This document shows, piece by piece, positions 23,692 through 35,789 of a DNA stretch of 64,000 nucleotides. The notes under the pieces are model-generated. The model made no database searches and was not told where the DNA came from. It saw nothing but the letters and a program-made list of their open reading frames with translations. Origin of the DNA: Paraspadella gotoi (lineage: Eukaryota > Animalia > Chaetognatha); the NCBI GenBank assembly GCA_051294375.1, contig CM119265.1:20120966-20184965 (forward strand), written 5' to 3'. Positions within the stretch are counted from its first letter, which is position 1. Each line of letters starts with the position of its first letter. A program made the translations under genes and the position numbers.

Positions 23692-25207
23692 CATGGCAGC
23701 AATTTGAAACCCGCCGCTAAGTCTTAGCCATAGGCATAGCCGATGAAATTTAAATTCTAATGTATACAGCGTTAAAACAATCTATCATGAGCATAGATTA
23801 TAGTATTAAAATATTTTTTGTCAAAGATGCATTTTTCTGAGGGTACTAGCCTAATTAAAATTATTATATTACTATATAAAGAAAAAAAAATTGAAATCTT
23901 AAAATTTTTTGATGGATTCAGATAGAGCATAAAAAGTTAAACAAGAAATATAATTACAGCTTTTAAAAATTATTAGGTTTTCTCAATAAAAATTTTAAAA
24001 AACCGAGAAAATCATCGAAAGATGATGATTTTTTATGGTTTTTCTTATTTTTGACCTACTTATCATAAAAATATTTTAAAAAAAATTATACTTTGTGTAG
24101 ACAACTTCTTATGAGCTCTCTGAATCTGGTCTTAAAATTAAAAATTTCTCAAAAAAATTGTTGGCCTTTCCTATCTATAAATAAATATTAAAAAATTAAT
24201 TACTAGGGTATAGAGCCATTTAAAAAATTTTTTGTCCATTGAAAGTACACTTAAAAATGTATAAATTTTCGTTTGAGCATGTTCTCGCTCTAAATTTTTG
24301 ACTCACCCCATTGAGTGCGGCTTCCCCTAGCTAAGAAAAATTTATTATTCAAAAAAGCGTAAAAATTTTAACATTTTTAAAAAATATATATTTAGCCGAA
24401 ACACACGTTTTTATATCATATTTCATTTTATTTTTGCTCTGACAGTGAAGCGAGAAAAATGGCTTAGAAAATCGTTTCCCTTTTCAATCGCTTATAATTT
24501 TTAAACAATTTTTTTAGAACCATTTAAAATAAATTTCATTTAAAAAATAGTAATAATATTTAGATCAAGTAAAGCTTTGGAAAAATTGAATAAAATAACG
24601 TATACCAATTTTGTAGCTTTAATTTAGGTTAAAACTGACTTTTTAATACCTAGGTAAAGTTATAAGGTATAAAATTATAATTACCGTTGATTTAAAAATT
24701 ATTAAAAATCCTCGCTTAATATTATTAGGGCATTAAAATATATTTTTTTAAATAACTTTTTTTCAGGGCTTTCTTTTAGCACCCTTATTTAGTTAAATTA
24801 TTTAGAAGAAGTTTGAAATTCTTTTGAACAACGATTCTATTTTCAAGCGAAAAGCGTACATACATGTTTCGGCTCTAATTCAAGCCTTCATCAGCGTCAA
24901 GTTAGTTTTTGAAATGACAGACAAAATTTGTGTAAAAGAAGGGAGAGAGAGAGAGAGAAAGAGGCAAATAACAACGAAAAGAAAGGATTATAACACAAAG
25001 TTAAATTATTATAATTTAACCAAACCATGAATTCCCGAAACTGAATTTTTTTTATTTCAGACTGAGAAGCTAGGATTCGACCTTTATCTTTCTTTAAAAA
25101 AAAACATGTTTGTCTAAGCTATGGATATCTTTTTAAAAAAATTGAAAATCTCTACGCGTTTTCAAACGGGGAAGTTTTTTAGCAGCGGGTTTCAGATTGT
25201 CACCATG
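23692..25207. mobile_element. Non-autonomous TIR DNA element (about 1.5 kb) with TA flanks
   Basis: The left end TA|CATGGCAGCAATTTGAAACCCGCCGCTAA and right end TTAGCAGCGGGTTTCAGATTGTCACCATG|TA are imperfect inverted repeats of about 29 bp. The interior is AT-rich and non-coding. Confidence 0.7.
23885..24329 (-). repeat. Dispersed repeat, copy 2 (nested in the TIR element)
   Basis: Ends GACTCACCCCATTGAGTGCGGCTTCCCCTA, the reverse complement of the copy starting at 9891. Internal AAAATCATCGAAAGATGATGA is shared. Confidence 0.8.
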
Positions 25208-25714
25208 TAGAGGAACTAAACGGCATTCTTGATCTGAAACGTCTCATTTAATTGACACACCCGTTAAAATATCCTGGCCAATTTCAGAGGCAAAAAAGCT
25301 TGCTTATTGAATAAATGAATTTTTTTATTGGCTGTACCAATTACATAGAAAATAATAATCATAACTAAAAGAATATGAAAGAGCATCGCTTCCCAGTAAC
25401 TTGTTTCTGGTCGAACAAGCTTACGAAGCCAGTGAAGTGCGCCAGTGACTAGTCCCTCCTATTCTCTGAAAAAATACGAGGCAGGTTAAACCGCGCCAGT
25501 GGCAGTAGGCGCCCACTGAGTGACCAAATCTTTTAAAGCCAGTAGCGAGCTTCAAATCAAATTAGTAATTATTCTGTGTAACCCCTAAAAATTTCAAAAA
25601 ACAAAACTGTAGTCCGAGACAAAATGCCTGTCTACAGAATCGAGACGGATTAAGTTATCACACACACACACAAAAAAGAACAATGATCATAAATACGAAT
25701 TATAATAAACGAAG

Positions 25715-25981
25715 TCACTTTTTCTTCCCCGTTCCACTCCCGACAGCAGATCGTAACTCCTTGACTTGATTCTTTCCGTTCATCAAAAACATATTGATCG
25801 TCCCCGGGTCGGTGAGATGTCTCCGGGCCTCGAAATCGTCTCTTACCCACTTTCGCAAGTACTTTCTTTCCTGTGGATCGTCTATAAGTCTCACCGCCCT
25901 CATGGCTTCGCGGTACAGACTCAGCACTTGAGATCTTAGCATAAACTGGCGCAATGTCATCATTTTTTTAGTGGCCGCCAT
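25715..25981 (-). CDS. LYRM2: LYR motif-containing protein 2
   Basis: MTLRQFMLRSQVLSLYREAMRAVR..ERKYLRKWVRDDF: an LYR motif with the LYRM2-type N-terminus. Confidence 0.85.
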   Translation of the reverse strand: MAATKKMMTLRQFMLRSQVLSLYREAMRAVRLIDDPQERKYLRKWVRDDFEARRHLTDPGTINMFLMNGKNQVKELRSAVGSGTGKKK

Positions 25982-26028
25982 GCTTGTCGTCGAAACGGTA
26001 AGGGTTAAAAAAAAAGTAGTGATGAGTG

Positions 26029-26771
26029 TCAAAATTTCACAGAAAAGGAGGCGCCACAGGAGCAGCCCTTTTCGGCGTTGGGGTTTTCGCGAATACGGAA
26101 GGCGGATCTGATAAGTTCCGAGTGAAACTCAACGATGGAGCCTTTGATAAACTCGAGGCTCCCCTCGTCGACCACCACCTTCACACCGTCCTTCTCGAAG
26201 ACGCGATCGACGGCGGGATCGACTGCGCCACCGAGTTCGAATTTGTACTGAAAGCCGGAGCAGCCCCCGCCGTCGACGATGAGGCGCAGAACGTCCTCGC
26301 CGATGTCCTTAAGCCGTTGGACGCAGGATTCGTCGACGATGATATTCGGAGTATGGGGGGCGACTGTCTCACTTTCGGTGGAGGGTGAAGTCTCGTTAGC
26401 GGCGGCGAGAGACGATGAGGGTTTGGACGATAAATCCTCGCTAGACGAAGAACCAAAAGACGCACGAGAAGCTCGGACCACAGTGGACAAGAAGTGATGC
26501 AAAGATGTCGGCGACGAAACGACAAAATCGGGAGAATTTCTGAGAGACGAAAACTTTATTATCTCGATTGTTTTCTACTTTTTTATTTGGGAAAAAAGTG
26601 ATCAGACCGGATAATCGGCGACTGAATGGAGCGACGCCGAAGACGCAGAACTGGCACCTTCTTCCTGGGCGTCGTTGGAGCCGATTCACACACGCCGCGC
26701 GCTGATGACCCACTTGAACGAGCGGCGACGTTGACGCGTGCGAAAACGCGGGTATTTAGGAGAAGGGACAT
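26029..26771 (-). CDS. ISCA2: Iron-sulfur cluster assembly 2 homolog (mitochondrial A-type carrier), 2 exons
   Basis: [17 protein letters not shown] and [17 protein letters not shown]. An Arg/Ser-rich presequence exon from 26771 joins through a phase-2 intron to the exon starting at 26539. Confidence 0.92.
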
Positions 26772-27179
26772 CGTCGCACAGGACGGGGGGTGGTTGTAAT
26801 CAGCATCTGGCCACCAAGGCTAAAAAACTAGAAAAACTCACCATAACTAAGGTGCATCAATGAATGTTACCAGGATCTATGTATTAATGTCGGTTAGTTT
26901 TCTTTAACATCGGAAAAAAATTAACAAAAGACAAGAGGACAGTAGTTTAATTTTTAAAATAAAAATAAAAATCAAACAGCTGGAAAACAAAAAATTGCGG
27001 CTAGTGGAAGTGCCGATCAAACAAAAAAAAATCAGAATCCTTCATTAATCAAATTCAAAAAAGAAAAAAAAAACAGTTGCAATGCTTAAAGCTTTTCGAG
27101 ACTGCTTTGGCATTGCAAATTCGAAATAAATTACTTAGCTAACAAAAAAATTGTCCACAAAAGATCACCCTGGAAATCC

Positions 27180-28211
27180 TTAAGGCAGTAATCTTTTGAG
27201 AGCTTCTTTGGCGTCTCCGGAGAGATTTTGAGGAAACTGAATGTCAAATTTAACGACCACGTCTCCCTTTCTGTTGGGTTCTTTGGCGATGGGGAGGCCC
27301 TCACCGGGCAATCGTTTCACTGTCTGGGGCGAAGTTACGCTGTCAAGCTCCATTGTCACCTGCCTCCCGTCCAGCGTCGGCACTCGTACCGTCGAAGGAC
27401 CACACAAGGCGCGACGAAGCGTCAGTTTGCAAGTGTAGACAACATTGGCACCGTCCCGCTCGAACAACGGGTGTGGTTTGTCGCGAAGTATGAAAACGAT
27501 GTCGGACGGGATGGTGTCGGGATTCCTGTCACCTTCCCGGGGAAAAGTTATCTTTGTTCCCGCCTTCCAACCCCTTTTGATGTCTATCGTCAACATTTTG
27601 TCTTCAGTTCGAATTGAGTGACCGTCGTGGACGCGCCGCGTTATCTTCATTCGCTTGGTGCAACCCCGGGAAATCTCGTCGAGGGTCGCGTAAAGATCGT
27701 GCTCGATGGGAGGGTCTTGCGATTTGGGAGTGGCGGCGTTGTTGAAGTGATGATGCTGCTGAACGTTGGGTGAGGAAAAGTGGAATGACTGGGCTCGTCC
27801 GGGCATAGCGCTGTGGAAAGCGTCGTGTCCGTCCACCTCGGGGCCGAAGAAGCTGCCGAAACTCTCGAAGGGATCGCGACCACCGAAAAATTGTTTGAAG
27901 ATGTCGTGGGGATCGCCGTGGAATTGGTAAAACTGTTGACCGCCGCTGGAACCGAAACCATGACTTCCGAAGTCGCTTCCACCGGCTCCGCCCTTGAGAC
28001 CCTCTTCCCCGTAGCGATCGTAGATTTCTTTCTTATTAGGGTCGCTGAGTACGTCGTAGGCTTCAGCAACGTCCTTAAACCGTTCCTCGGCCCCGGGAGT
28101 CTTGTTTTTGTCTGGATGATGCTTGAGCGCCATTTTGCGGTAGCCCTTTTTGATCTCATCTTCGGTAGCTGAGCGCGAAACGCCAAGAATCTTGTAGTAA
28201 TCTTTACCCAT
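27180..28211 (-). CDS. DnaJ/Hsp40 class B chaperone (DNAJB1/4/5-like), intronless
   Basis: [12 protein letters not shown]-domain with HPD motif, G/F-rich region and C-terminal client-binding domains ([15 protein letters not shown]). Confidence 0.95.
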   Translation of the reverse strand: MGKDYYKILGVSRSATEDEIKKGYRKMALKHHPDKNKTPGAEERFKDVAEAYDVLSDPNKKEIYDRYGEEGLKGGAGGSDFGSHGFGSSGGQQFYQFHGDPHDIFKQFFGGRDPFESFGSFFGPEVDGHDAFHSAMPGRAQSFHFSSPNVQQHHHFNNAATPKSQDPPIEHDLYATLDEISRGCTKRMKITRRVHDGHSIRTEDKMLTIDIKRGWKAGTKITFPREGDRNPDTIPSDIVFILRDKPHPLFERDGANVVYTCKLTLRRALCGPSTVRVPTLDGRQVTMELDSVTSPQTVKRLPGEGLPIAKEPNRKGDVVVKFDIQFPQNLSGDAKEALKRLLP

Positions 28212-28474
28212 AATTTAAAAGCTAATGTCGGAGGGGTAAAATGTTTTTCAAACAAACCACTTCCGGAAGCGTTCATCAGGTCTTAGTTCAGAGATTTATA
28301 GACGTGGCATCTCGCTATAACGGATATACCTACCTCCTAAGATTTTAACATTTAATAAGTGCAACTTAAAAAAAGGCAACGATCATAACGCTTGAATGTA
28401 ACTATCATAATTAAAAAGTATAATCAAACTATCAAATATTGCAAACTTAACGATAGGACGAGAAAATGAAAATT

Positions 28475-29700
28475 TCATAGAAGAGCTTCCATGCTTTGCT
28501 CCTCCTCCTCCTCATCTCCTTCTCTGACCCATTTCTCATCGGCCTGATCTTGCAACTCTAATTGCTTCTCTAAGTCTTCAGGGATGACGACCTTATCCAT
28601 GTCGCGTCCGTCGTCGTCGGCAATCAGCAAGTCCACCAGTTTTTGAATTGCGAGGTCGACAGCGCGATCCTTTTCCCACTTGTGAAGCTCCCTCATAATC
28701 ACGTAAGAGTTCTTGCTGCGAACGAACTGTCTGCAAGACGCTTTGTCGCAGAGTTTGAAGACCGTTTCGACGAGCATTTTTCGCAGGTCCGGGTCGGATT
28801 CTCGCTTCTTGTTGTCAGGTAGGTATTGCAGGTCTTCGGGCAATTTATCATTTTCTTCCTCGTCGAATTCCTAAATAACGAAAAAAAGGCAATTGATCAG
28901 ATTTAAATTTTTTTAAAAGAAGGTAAAATAACTGTACCCATCGCCCGTACCTCCGGCCCCGCCAGCGGCAACAGCAGCCGCGGCAGCAGATCGACGTCGT
29001 CTCCCAAGAGCCACTCGTGTTTCTCGACGTCGAAACAACAGTTCCTAATAATTCCGACGACGCCCCCTCGCCGTTCCAACGACTTGTCGTAGTCAATGAA
29101 AGAGAGAAGGCGTTGAAAGACGAGCCTCTCCTCGTCCATGACGAAGCGACGGATAGCCTTCACTTGCGTCAAATTCGAGAGCAGCGGAGCGACTAGGTGC
29201 AAGGATGCGAATTCATTGTATTTTTCAGTGGTCAACGCCGTCACCAGGTCTCGGAGGAGTGCGTCGCTATCGTCAGCTTTAAGAATAACCTCCGCCACGC
29301 GTGCGGCACATCGAACAGACCGGGTGGCGTTGCAAAGAACGCCGGCGGCGCGATCGGCGAAGACGTACTGACGGTCGAGAAGAGCGTCCAGAAAACGCCG
29401 GGGAAGATCGATATGATCCGGAAGATTGAGAAGGATCCAGGCTCGGTCCTCGTCCACAGTTATGTTGACGAGGAGATCAAAAGAGTGCTCCACGACGGGC
29501 GGCTGCTTATCCGCAAAAACGAGACCTAGAACCGCTCGGACGATCGCGCCGTCGTTGGCGCCGGAGACGAGGTCACATCCTTCCGGCGAAGCTGAAACTC
29601 CGACAAAGTATTCGAGCGCTTTAAGCTTTGGTGGTAGCGGAGATGAAGGCGTCAGGAATTGGAGAATTTCCCTCGACGCCGCGGCGAAGTCACTCGCCAT
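28475..29700 (-). CDS. HGH1: HGH1 homolog (eEF2 chaperone, FAM203), 2 exons
   Basis: RRGGVVGIIRNCCF and LLPRLLLPLAGPE|EFDEEENDKLPEDLQYLPDNKKRESDP..RELHKWE. Intron 28950-28871 is GT-AG. Confidence 0.92.
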
Positions 29701-29979
29701 CTGCGTCGGAGCCGATCAGCAATCTTGGGGAAAAACAAAGGAACAATCAAATATATCGGGATTCGAATCAACGAACAACACCCTATAAGTATAATAGTAT
29801 AATATAGTATATAGTATATAGTATAAAATAGTATAACCCAACAAGCTGTCTGAAAAGTGCCGAGCAGACTGTAACTTTATAAAATTTGAAAAATTTAAAC
29901 ATAAATCACTGTTAATCTCAACAACATCTTTAAAAAAATCACAGTAAAAAAAAAAATTGATAAAGCATTTTAAAAACGT

Positions 29980-32334
29980 TCATCGTCTTTTCACATTTTT
30001 GAGCAAAATCAAGAGAAGAATCGTCAAAAACACCGTTCCAAGTCCCTGAAGCCCCGAGATCAAACCCAAATATCTCTCTCTGAAAGCCGCGTTGTCGTAA
30101 ACCTTGCAGGCCCCTCTGGCTCCCTCTTTCCCCGTCCATTTGAGACAGGTCGAGTCGATGACGGCGCCGAAATAAACTGGCGCTGGCATCCATCCAAGGG
30201 TGCGCATGACAAGAAACTGTAGGCCGATGGCGAAACTCTTGTCCTCCTGCGGCACAGAGCGCAGCAGAACTGTGTAGATCGGCGACTGCACCATCGAGCA
30301 GACGAAAAGTAAGCAGCAGTTGATAGCCAGCGAAGTCCAGAAAGTGTCGGGGCAGAGTGATGGGCAGGCTCCCGCCGTTACGGTGGCGTTAGCGTCTTTG
30401 TTCGGAAGGCATGTGCAGTTAAGGAAAGTTTCGACGTCGAAATCGGCGGAAAACTCGGCGTTCTCGCAGCCAGCGCGGCAGGGTGTCCAATACTCAATGC
30501 CCGTAGCGCAGACCGGCTCGTAGCGGCTTTCCAAGCCGTCGCAGTGACAACGGTCCAAACAAGCCGGATCGGTGACATTAACGTTAACGCCGTCAATGGA
30601 ACGAGTGTCGCAGCCAATAAAGATAAGCGGCACGCCGATGACCAGAGTGAGAATTGATAGAAAGACGGAGGTTGCTGTGGCTGCCGATAGACTCAATTTC
30701 CAGCGCCGCATCACCCACCCGCCCAATAGAACACCGACAATGCCGAACGGCATCTGAACGGCACCAACGTAAAAACTGGCCGTGGAGGCGGTGACGCCGA
30801 ACTGCGTCTGAAAATACTTGGGAAGGAAAATGGCGAATCCAGCGGAAATGGCGTAGAGCGTGGCGTAAGCGAGAATGAGGGAGAGGAAAGCCCCGTTGGA
30901 AAGGAGGCGGATGGCGACCACGACAAAGTCTTTGAGATAGAACCAAAAATTGGCGTGCGGCTCCAGGACAGCCATGGTATCGCGAGAGTCGGCGGATCGA
31001 GCAGCGACTGGTAAAGCCGCCGAAACCTCTTCGTTTTCGTTACCCTGGTTTCCGTTTCTCAACAAATCACCGCCTTGCGAATTATCATCGTCGCTCCCTT
31101 CTCTACCGTTCAGTTCCAACCTGGACGAAACTCGATTCGAGGCAGTCTGATCCCCTTCCTCGTCTTCCTCTCTTCTCATTCTTCCAGGAAAGAACCAGAA
31201 GGGGAGGTGGACGATGCCCAAAAAGCCGGAAGCGAGAAGGAAACCGAGCCACCAGGCGCCGATCCATCCGGGGTCCCCGGGTACGAGGCCGGGGTCAGGG
31301 GCGCGATCGAAGTCGATGTAAAGCGTCGTTGTGGCGGAACCGAGGACGTAACCTATAGCTGGGCCCACAAGAGAGATGGCCAGGAGAACGCCGAGGTAGA
31401 GGGGCGCCTTAGCTCGAGAGGCGTGGTCGTCCATGTAACTGAAACCTAAGGTCGGGTGGTGAAAAATGGAGAAAAAAAATATTGTTTTATCTCATACCTT
31501 TTTTCATCTTTAATTCTTTTCCTTATAACAAAACCTCGAACCATAAGGCTGAATGGGTGCTGCGCCTGCGCCCACAAAAACCCTAGCGATGAACATGAGG
31601 CGCCAGACGCGGCTCCTTTCCACCACTCGCTCTGGGGTTTCCTCAAGGCCGAGGTCGACGTCGGTGTCGATATTCGCGTTGCCGTCGCAGAGATCGAAGT
31701 CGCTCGAGTTAGACGAGATGGACCGAGAGGGGGCGTCGGGGACGTGCGGCGGGTACATCCAATGAGGAACGGATAGAAGGAAGCCACCTAAGATAACAAG
31801 GAGAACGCCAAAGGCGATGGCTCGTGGCCGATGAACGCGGGAACCAAAGTAAGAAACGGGAAGGATAACCAGCAAATTCCCAATCTCGAAACCTGAGAGA
31901 CAAAATAAGATAAAAAGAAAAGGTGATTTAGGTCTAGTTGACTTTATCGATGGGGCGGACTGACCAGACGACATGATTCCCGCCGTCGTGGAGTCGATCT
32001 GAAACCGTTTCTCAATGGACGTTATGACGCTTTTTAAGTAGGAACCGAGGATGAGGTATGAAAGTTGAACCATTCCTTGACAAACGACGTAGAAAACCAC
32101 CGACTGAAAGGGCGACCAGGACAAACTCCGAGAACCACTAGAGACGATGGCCTCAGTCGACGCGGAACCGAACCCTGTGTCGCCGCTCCCTATCGTGGAG
32201 TAACTCTCTATGACTTCGTCGGGAGGTCCTGCGGCGCCATCGACCACGCCCTCGAATGCGCCACGGTCTGGGACGCCGACGGCGCCATCGGCGCTGATAG
32301 CGCCATTCGTTTTTTCATCGGAGGATCGTTGCAT
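29980..32334 (-). CDS. Organic anion transporting polypeptide (SLCO/OATP family), 3 exons
   Basis: SVITSIEKRF, SYFGSRVHRPR, DPGWIGAWWLGF signature, Kazal-like Cys-rich loop and PAPVYFGAVIDSTCLKW. The start at 32334 is inferred as the first ATG. Confidence 0.92.
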
Positions 32335-32615
32335 CTTCGAACTCAAAAAAGTTCGGCAGACAAAAAAGAGGTTATTGCGTAAGACTCATTCTTTCTGATT
32401 ACAGTCTGTACGCTGTAAATAAAATCAAAATAACTGTATAGAAAAAGAAAACGACATAAACGAAAGCTTATGATTGAGGATTTTCTGTTATATAACACTT
32501 CTGGAAAAACAGATCGGGGAATTATCCTTAACGTTCTACGCATGTACAACTAAAACCAAAAGAATTCTTTTAGCTAAAGGATTTCTTTGTGTTAGAGTGT
32601 TAAAGTGTTAAAGTG

Positions 32616-33769
32616 CTAGAGGACCGTGGTGAGTTTCTCGTTCAAATGAAGCTGCGTCTTGATGAGGTTCGACAAATAAGTGACCATGAGGAGGTCGTTC
32701 ATGTGCGCTGTGAGAAGAGTGTCCAGCTCCGTGGCGTCCATCTGAGGAACGGAGTTGGACAGTTCCAGCAGCATGCGGCCGATCTCAGGATCCGCCGGAC
32801 GCTGTCCGTTTATGACCTCTTCGACGTATTGCGTGACCTTAATAATTACATAATTACAAATATGTTATTATAGCTGCTGAAGTGAAGGAGCCGTAGTTAA
32901 CAAGTTCTAGTACTTTAGCCAATTGGCCCTCTATCTTTCCGCAGGCGTCGTCGATTTGATCGAGGTTCTGTGGGAGGGTGATCGGCTTTTTGGGCGTCAG
33001 CGTCGTCTTGTTGAGCAGCGCGAGTCCAACTTTCTCGGTCAAATCCGATTCGACCGAAACTTTAAGAGGAGAAAACAACGTGCCAACCGTTCGTCCCGCG
33101 ACGCCTTGAATGAGAAGGAAAAATATATATTTATTATATTCATAGTAGCTGCAACTACGCAAAATATGAGCAAGAGCAAGCTTTATTTTATTTAAATATT
33201 TAATTAAATTGACCATCTGCAAACAAAGTTATTAATAAATTTCCTCACCACAAGCGGTGCTCTGGTAAGCCTTTAGACCCATGTGGTTTCCTTTCAGAGT
33301 GGTATCGAGGGTAAGGTGAACGGGGTTCTTGGCCTCTCGGGAGTAGTACTCGTGAATAAGGACCGAATGTTCTGTTACGTCTGCGCCCGTAGCATACCAT
33401 CCCACGATCACTTCGTTGGGTTGGACCTGAAAGTATTTAAATTTTTTAATTTAAATTAGAATTCTGCTTTTCTTACCTGTCTGTCTGTCTGTGTATCTGT
33501 CAGTCTTTATCTCTTTCACTCTCTCTTTCTAACACCTTTTTGTGAAGGTCAAACATATTCTTGGCAAACTCCATGTCGACGGCGACCTCGTCTTCGCTCT
33601 CGTTATGTGGCACTGCGAAACAGTTGGTGATTTCGACGTGAAGGCCTCCCTTCTCCACGCTGCCGAGAAGAGTGCCGATGACGCGCCGGGCGTCCTCAGG
33701 CCGCCGCTCGAAAGCGTCCACGATACTGAACAGCACCGTCGGGTGAACGATAACATTGGGAACCAGCAT
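32616..33769 (-). CDS. EIF3F: Eukaryotic translation initiation factor 3 subunit F (MPN domain), 4 exons
   Basis: [54 protein letters not shown] and C-terminal [23 protein letters not shown]. Confidence 0.93.
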
Positions 33770-34047
33770 GATGTGAATGAGGAATAGTTTAAGAAACTAA
33801 GTTAAATCTAAGAAATTGATAATTCCTCATAAAAGTAAAATAGTAAAGTAATTAATGCTCGTGATTGCAGTATAACTGGGAACAACAATAACAACAATAC
33901 CTAAGTATTTTTTTTAAAAAGGCGGCTACAATGAGTACAAAACGTAACTGTTTAAAAGCGGTGCGGATTAATTTTTAGTCATAATAATCCATAATCCATA
34001 TTCCATAACAAAATCAAAAAAATAGACAACCGAAATAGAAGGTCCGG

Positions 34048-34911
34048 TTACCACACAAAGGGAACAAGAACGGCTGTGCTGTCTCTGTACGATATGTAGG
34101 CTGGATCATTTCCCCATCTCTTTTCGGCCATTCTTTCCAAAATGGGAATGCCGGAAAGTCTGGTTATGAGCGCTCCCACAAAAATGGGCGAGAGGACGCT
34201 GAGATATTCGACGCCGCTCATCGCCGACGAAGCCGTAAGCCAAATGCCGAACCAGGAAACGATCTCGCCAAAGTAGTTGGGATGCCGCGATATGGACCAA
34301 AGGCCGGTGGAGACAAAGCGGCCCGCGTTGTCGGGATTCGCACGAAAGGCCGTCTTTTGCTGGTCGGCGGCGACTTCGAAGACGAAACCGAAGACCCACA
34401 CCGCCCATCCGAGATAGTCACGCCAACCGATAGGCGGGTCAGATTTCCGCTTGAAGTTTAGGATGAGAGTCGGGAGGAGGGTAACAAATACCCAGACACC
34501 CTGAATGGTCCAGTAGATGAAAAAGCGTTGGGGGTCGTGCTTGACTTTTTCGAAGCGCTTGTCCTCGCCGGCCTTCATAACACGGAGGAAGAGAAAGGAA
34601 CCGAGACGAAGCGCCCACGCGCTCACCTGGAATAGGAAATGTTAATGAGTAAAATTTAATAGCGAAGAGAGAAAACAATTATATTTTAAATATAAGTCCA
34701 AATACAAAAATTAATTTACCATTCCTGAAGCGACGAGTTTCCTTAAAGAACCGCGACCGCCGATATTGTGACTTATGTAAGTGATTAACAAAAACGTAAT
34801 GGATCCGGTGAGGTCGTAAAATTGCTCGGTGTGCAAGGCAGAACTGACGCCCCACATCACCCACTGAATGCCGAAATCGACGGCCGCCACCTTCAACATA
34901 GAATGCCACAT
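34048..34911 (-). CDS. DUF1295 / steroid 5-alpha-reductase-like membrane protein, 2 exons
   Basis: TEQFYDLTGS, WALRLGSFLFLRV..GEDKRF and GLWSISRHPNYFGEI..SGIPILE. Confidence 0.88.
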
Positions 34912-35124
34912 TGCCGCAGATTTTCACCACTTGCTTACAGACCTGAAAATAGTCAAAAACGAACGACGATTCGAATAATTATACATTCTCACATTCATTC
35001 GAACGGTTTAATGAAGAAAACGGAGTCGTGGCTGAAGAGAACGAAAGAACAAAACAACTATTCAAGATGAACGGAGAAATGAAGGAACAAAGTTTTTAAT
35101 GTTAACAAAACAATTTCATTCGTT

Positions 35125-35652
35125 TCAAAGCGGTAAAGGCAACTCTTTGATTCGGCCATGACAGTCGTCGAAGAGTTCCTTGAGATCGCCGTCGGCAGGA
35201 GACTTGATCAGCGCCATGCAAGATGGTCTTTTAGAACCCAGCGCCTCGCCAAGCTCCTGTTTGGCGGGAGTGAAGCAATAAGGAATTCGACGCTCCTCGC
35301 AGACGACAGGGACGTGGGTTATGACATCGATGGGTGACACGTCCCCGGCCAGAACCACCAATCCTGTCTCCCCCTTGCGTATGAACTTCATCACTTCGCG
35401 GACACCACGTCGGACAGTTCCTTTTTCCTTGGAAGACTTTCGTAAAAGCTTGTAGAGCTTTTTGGTAAGCTTCTTGCTAGCCAGAGGCTTCGAGATGGGG
35501 GAGAGAAAACGGAGGAGCTCGTCGTACTTGTCGACGGGTTCCGTCTTTATCGTCGCTATTCCGTTTGGACTCATTTCCGTAGATTTTCTCTTCTTTTTGT
35601 TTTTGTCTTTAGACGGGGTCGCGTTAGTGGAGTTGGAGAGAGTGTCCACCAT
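35125..35652 (-). CDS. NHP2: H/ACA snoRNP subunit NHP2 (L7Ae family), intronless
   Basis: PISKPLASKKLTKKLYK..RRGVREVMKFIRKGETGLVVLAGDVSPIDVITHVPVVCEE. Confidence 0.93.
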   Translation of the reverse strand: MVDTLSNSTNATPSKDKNKKKRKSTEMSPNGIATIKTEPVDKYDELLRFLSPISKPLASKKLTKKLYKLLRKSSKEKGTVRRGVREVMKFIRKGETGLVVLAGDVSPIDVITHVPVVCEERRIPYCFTPAKQELGEALGSKRPSCMALIKSPADGDLKELFDDCHGRIKELPLPL

Positions 35653-35789
35653 TTTGAGAAAAAAAATTACCGTCCAAATTTTGAACTAAATTTTTGGAAA
35701 TAAAAAGGGCAATAAATATTAAGAGACGATAAAAAAAGGAATTTAAGGAACTCGGTTGTCTTTGACCCAGTTCATCGACTAAATGGTCG

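Noticed and set aside
25470-25500. Minus-strand GGTTTAACC resembling a nematode spliced-leader start
   Set aside because: No properly placed GT donor or Sm-binding site follows, and the match is too short to call an SL RNA gene.
28255-28280. Possible heat-shock element (TTCCGGAAGCGTTC) upstream of DNAJB
   Set aside because: The third nGAAn unit is out of phase by one base, and it fits an ETS-like site equally well, so it is unsupported.
29785-29836. TATAG/TATAA low-complexity run
   Set aside because: A simple degenerate microsatellite with no further structure.
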